A stretch of DNA of 37,315 nucleotides from a virus (lineage: Duplodnaviria; Caudoviricetes): the IMG/VR virus record IMGVR_UViG_3300025352_000001, positions 1 through 37,315 of that record. One strand, 5' to 3'. Under the pieces are notes generated by a model that made no database searches, had not been told where the DNA came from, and worked only from the letters and a program-made list of their open reading frames with translations. The translations under genes were made by a program, and so were the position numbers. Positions 27,901 through 33,900 of this stretch are shown piece after piece (positions within the stretch are counted from its first letter, which is position 1; the number at the start of each line of letters is the position of its first letter).

Positions 27901-30900
27901 GACACCATCTTCGAGGACTTTCTCACGGCCCTTGGCGTCGTGAAGCCCAGCGTCCTGGTGCAGCCGACTATTGGCCGGATAAGCGCCAAGGATTCAGTTG
28001 CACAACTGACCGACCTTGGCACCCAGTTCGATGACGCTGATAGATCGGTCATCGACCTGTTCAACGCCGCCGTGTCCGGCAAGCCTATCCGTGTGATGCG
28101 ATCTGTCCCAGATAGCAGTCCCCGCGAGGACAAGCCGGCATCGCAGCGGGCCACGGCCAAGGCCGAACGAATGTCCAGCGTCTTCCGGGAGTGGGTCTAC
28201 AGTGAGCCTGACCGTGCAGCGGTAGTGGTCGACGCCTACAACCGCGTCATGAACACCAACCGAGAGCGTGACTGGAACGGCGAGAAGTTCCTCAAGCCGG
28301 TCGGGCAGAGCCCGTCAGTGAAGCTCCGCCGCACGCAGAAGAACGCCGCGTGGAGGATGATCCAGCGTCGCAACATGCTGATGGATCATCTCGTCGGAAG
28401 CGGGAAAACAATATCCGTCATCACCGGTGTCATGGAGCGCAAGAGACTCGGCCTGTCCCGCAAGCCAGCGATCGTGGTCCCGAACCACCTTGTCGTCCAG
28501 TGGGCCAGCGAGTTCTACCAGCTATATCCGGGCGCCAAGATACTGGCGGCCACCCCCGACGATTTCTCGAAGAACAACCGTCGCCGGATGTTCGCAAGGA
28601 TCGCCTCGGGCAACTATGACGCCATCATCATGGGTCACTCATCTTTCGGCTTCATCAGTCCGCCGGATGCCGACACCAAGATGATCATCACTGAGAACAA
28701 GGCTCAGTTGAAGGAAGCTCTCGACGCAGCCAAGGAATCCGGAGAAAGCGGTCGGTCCCTGAACCAGATTCAGGCGAAGCTCGACGCCTACGACGAGCAG
28801 CTCAAGAACCTATCTGAGCGTCCCCGCGACGAAATTGGAATCGACATCGAGTCCATGGGCATCGACTATTTGGCGGTCGATGAGTGCTTCTCTTACGACA
28901 CGGAAGTTGAGACAGATCAAGGCATGATGAAGATTGGCGACATCGTGGAAGGGAAGCTGCCTGTCAGAGTCAAAAGTGTTGATTCTTCAACTCATGCGGT
29001 ACAGTGGAAGCCAGTCACCAACTGGTACGCTCACCAGCGTCGCCTTCCATTGATCGAGGTATTCCATGAGTCAGGATCGTTCCTCTGCACCCCAAACCAC
29101 AACATCTGGGTCGAAGGCTACGGCTACAAGCGAGCCGGAGACATCGGTCCTCAAGACCGACTCATCACCACCACCGGCGCCTACTCCGAAGTCCACCAGG
29201 CGAACCCGCGTTACAGCGCCGTGTCGATGGTGCGGGACGGACATTACGTTCGCGGACAACATGCCGAGGAAATACTGCAGCGTGTCCTGCAAGATGTACG
29301 CCCAGCACCAGAACCCGGAATCGCACGCGAAATGGAAGGCCGCGATGCGTCCTACCTGGGAGAACTCTCCGCTCAAGGGCAGGAAGTACCCGGAAGCATC
29401 GGAGAGAATGACCGCCAACAACCCCATGCGCTCGCTGGAGACGCGCAAGAAAGTGTCCAGGACGCTGATAACGATGGGACACCGTCCGGTGATACGCGGG
29501 AGCAATGGGTTCCTGACAGAACCTCAAATCTTGCTGGCGGATCTCACCGGTCTGCCGACGGAAGTAGTGGTGAACACGAAATCAATCCGCCATCTGATGG
29601 ACAAGCTGCCCAACCACTACAAGATCGACCTGGCGTGCCGGGACCGGAAGCTGGCAGTGGAGATCGACGGGAATTCGCACAGAACGACGAAAGCCAAAGA
29701 ACGGGACGCGAAGAAGGACCGGGCATTGTCACTTCTCGGGTGGTCGGTATTGCGATTCTCGAACCAGACAGTGATGGAGAATACCGATTCGGTGGTCGAG
29801 ACCATTCGGTCATTTACGACATCGAGGTAGCTGACAACCACAACTACTTCGCGAATGGGGCGTTGGTCTCCAATTCCCACATGTTCAAAAACTTGGAGTA
29901 CGCCACCAGCGGCGAGCGCGTCGTCGGCATGACCAACCCGAAGGGGTCTGCAAGGGCCTTCGACCTCTACACCAAGGTCCGAGGCATCCAGGAGCGCGGC
30001 GGCGGCGCCGTGTTTGCCACCGGGACCCCGGTATCCAACTCGCTGGTCGAGCTCTACACGATGATGCGCTACCTGGCGCATGACCAGCTCAAGGAACGCG
30101 GCCAGGATCACTTCGACGCTTGGTCTGGGGCCTATGCCGTCACCGAGACGCGCATGGAGTACACCGCGACACAGAAGCTCAAGCCGCGTCGCGTCCTGTC
30201 AGGGCTTGCAAACCTGGATGGCCTTGGCCAGCTTTATCGTGACTTCGCCGACATCCTAACCATGTCCGACCTAAAGCGGGTCTACACCGAGGAAAAGGTC
30301 GACGAGAACAAGCGCACCGGAGGAAAAGAGCGCACCGACTTCCCAATTCCCAAGGTAAAGGGTGGCGGTCGCCAGCTAGACTCGGCCGGCATTACGGAGC
30401 AGCAGTCCGAGTACATGGACTACCTGGTTGCCCGCATGAAGGGTATCGAGGCGAATACCTCCAACCCGGATTACAAGAAGGTCGACAACGCTCTATGGGT
30501 GATGACCGATGCGCGGAAGATGTCTTTGGACATCCGTATCATCGATCCGCTTGCCGAGCGCGACGAGACTGGCAAGGTCATGAGGTCCGCTCGCCGGATC
30601 AAGGATATTTACGACCGCTGGGATGCCGACAAGGGCGCTCAGTTGGTATTCAGTGACCTCTCCACCCCGTCAAAGACCTCGGCGAAGGAAGCCAAGGGAA
30701 TCGTGAAGTCCGCAGCCACTCTCATCTTCGGTGAGAATCCGGGCAAGGCGGCGCTGAAACGAATCAAGGGCATGAGCTACCGGGACCAGTGGAAGTGGAT
30801 GGAATCCGCCGCGGAAAAGGCGCTCGAAGATCCGGCTATCTCCACCGAGAAGCAGGACAAGATCGAAGAGTTCATGGGCGAGAACGCCCTGGCCGACGCG

Positions 30901-33900
30901 ACAATGCTGGTGGCCGACAAGGGCTTCTCTGTTTACGACGACCTCCGGACCGTACTTGAGGAAATGGGCATCCCATCACATGAGATCGCCTTCATCCACG
31001 ATTACAACTCGCCAGAAGCGAAGGACCGCCTCTTCTCACAGGTCAACTCCGGGGCTGTCCGCGTGCTCATTGGGTCAACCGACAAGATGGGCACCGGCAC
31101 TAACGCGCAGGAGAGGCTCGTTGCGCTTCACCACCTGGACGCGCCGTGGCGCCCCTCTGATGTGGAGCAACGCGAAGGCCGTATCATTCGTCAGGGAAAC
31201 CTCCTGCACATGCGTGACCCGGATGGCTTCGAGGTCGAGATCACCAACTACTCCACCAACGGCACTTTCGATACGGTGATGTGGCAGATTCTCGAGCGCA
31301 AGGCGGCGTCCATCGAGCAATTCCGTAGCACCGGCATCGACAATATCACCGAGGACGAGGGTGATTCCGACCAGTACGCCGAATTCATGGCGACCTCGAC
31401 GGGTAACCCGATATTCAAGCTCAAGCTCGAGGCTGAGCGTGATCTGCTCAACATCCAGGCAGAGATCGGCGGCAACCTGATCGCTTCACGAAACGCGAAA
31501 GAGTTCGTCGCAAGCTACGACAGCAAGCGGGAAGAGCTCGCCGACCGCAGCGAGTACCTGAGCAGAGCCGAGGGCGGGAACATCAGCTATAACGGCGCCA
31601 CCGGTGACCCGGCTGACCTGAAGACCGCCATGGATGCCGAAAAGGCCAGGTTCCACGAGGACTTTGCCGCGTGGGAGGCCGCGATACCGGCCGCCAAGGA
31701 AGCGCGTGAAGCGGCCCGAGCCGAGGGCAAGAAGAAGCTCCCGGCTCTGCCGCCGCGCCCGACTCCAAGCGGCATTCTTTCTGACGCAGTCCAGAAGAAG
31801 AGCGCCTACGCCCGAGTGGTGAAGGCCGCCCTGGTGGAAGTTGGAATTGGTGGCGGGATGAACACCTCGAGCAAGGAAGTTGATCTCAAGGTCGGCAGCA
31901 TCGGAGTCACGGTTAGGCGGCGGGCAAACCCTTTCAATGACAACTCTAGCTACGAAGTCCTCGTAAAAACAGGCGACTCCAAAGAGGTTTCCATTGCGAG
32001 CTCACAGGTCCTTAACCCTGAAAACTCCGAGGCCCTGGCCAAGGGCTTCATGCCGGACCGGATGCAGCGAGCCATCGCCGACAGCAAGGAATCCATCGAT
32101 GGTCGAATCGAGAAGATGGACTCAAGGCTCGAGCGTGAAAAAGAGCTCGCCGCCAAGGAGATCGACAGGACCCCCATAGATGAGGCCAACCAACTCGTCT
32201 CCTGGTACACCTCCCAAGTGAGCCTGGCAGAGGAAGCCTCCGACCTGCAGCGCGGCGAGAGATCGAATCGCTTCATCGCGAAGGATCAGACCAGGGACGT
32301 GGCTCAGTTTGGGGCGAAGGAGGTCGCCGAGTCCCAGTCCTTAGAGATCGAAGGCGAGGTTTACGAGACGACCGGACTCTCAGTCGGCACAGACCGCGCC
32401 AGGATGATTGACGCCACCCGTCAGTCGGATGGTCGGCGTGCCGTTGTTTCCGAAGAAAAGGGTGAAGATGGCGAGTCCAGCTACAGCGTCAGGGTCGAGC
32501 CGGACGCAGCCATAGAGCAGATGCGGAGAGCAACGGCTCAGTCCAATGCCCGGCGCCGCAACCGCAAGCCGTCGCAGAGCCCCGCAGAGGCTGAGCAGCG
32601 CATCCGCCAGGGAAGTCTTGGCGAAGTCAGCGGTCGCCTCCTGGATAGCGGCAAGATCAAGATCGACAGCGTGCTGCCATCCGGGCTGCCCACCGGCACT
32701 GCCGCCTATGTTGACGAGCAGGGTGTCATCCACCTGGTCGCCCGCAACCTGGAGCCGCAGTATGCAGAGGCAACCTTGCTCCACGAGGCGTTCCATGCCG
32801 GAGCACGGCCTCTCATTGGGAGTCGTCGCTGGAACGAACTACAGGACCGCCTTGGCAAGCTATACAGCCAGGCAGAGCGCAGTACCGGGTTCAATCGCCA
32901 GTTTTGGGACGCCGCCCGGGAAAGGATTTCCGCCGCGGAGGCTGCCGGAGACGTGATGACCGACGCCCGCCGGATCGAGGAGTTCGGGGCCTACGCTCTG
33001 GAAGAGTTCGCGAGTGCGCCGCGTACCTTGAAGGTATGGGCGAACGACATGGTCGGACGGGTCCAGGCATGGCTCCAACGGACCTTCGGCATCCAAGTAG
33101 GCCAGGTATCGCCGGCACAGCTTCGCGCCCTGGCTGCCGCCGCTCTACGCAACGGTGATATGGCCCCTAGCCCGTCGCTTTCCGTCGAAGCGCCTATCAG
33201 TCTTGTCGATGAGAACGGCAACCCCGTGCCAGAGCGGGAGCGCAAGGCCGAGGTCGCCAGGGCGGTTCGTGCTGCCCGCAAGGCGCTCTCCGTGGTCCGC
33301 AGCGAGGCAGGGGTCACCGACTTCGATGGTGGCTTCACCAGGGACATCACCAAGATTGGTACCTGGCTACATCAGCCCTACAACATTGCGAGCCTTGAGC
33401 CGCAGTTCACGCCTGTCTTCAAAACCGCGATGCGCCAGCAGCGGTTCCGGGACACGCTCATTTCGGAAATGTACCCGAAGTTCCAGAAGTACAAGGAGCT
33501 TCGCGGAAAGGGCCGAGCCAACGTCAACAAGGTCCTCGAGCTTGGTCGCTTGGCGAACCGCTCTTTCACTGACGCGCGTCTTCGCAGCGGCCTGACCAAC
33601 CCCGGCGAGAAGAGAACTACCGTCTTCGACGCGAACGGGGAGATACAGTACCGCAACCAGACCATCCACACCGCCCTTTCTGCGAAAGGCGATGTCATCA
33701 AGTTGACCGCCGAAGAGCGGGTAGCATACTTCGAGCTCCGAGAAATGTTCGATGAAGCCCTGGACCGGTTCCGCGACCAGACGCTTATCGACATGGGCAT
33801 GGGTGAGTTTTCCGGGTCACTGAATCCGCTCAAAGACATCATGGATTCGATCACTGACGACATGAGTGACGTGGTCAAGGACCGCCTGATCAACATGGCC

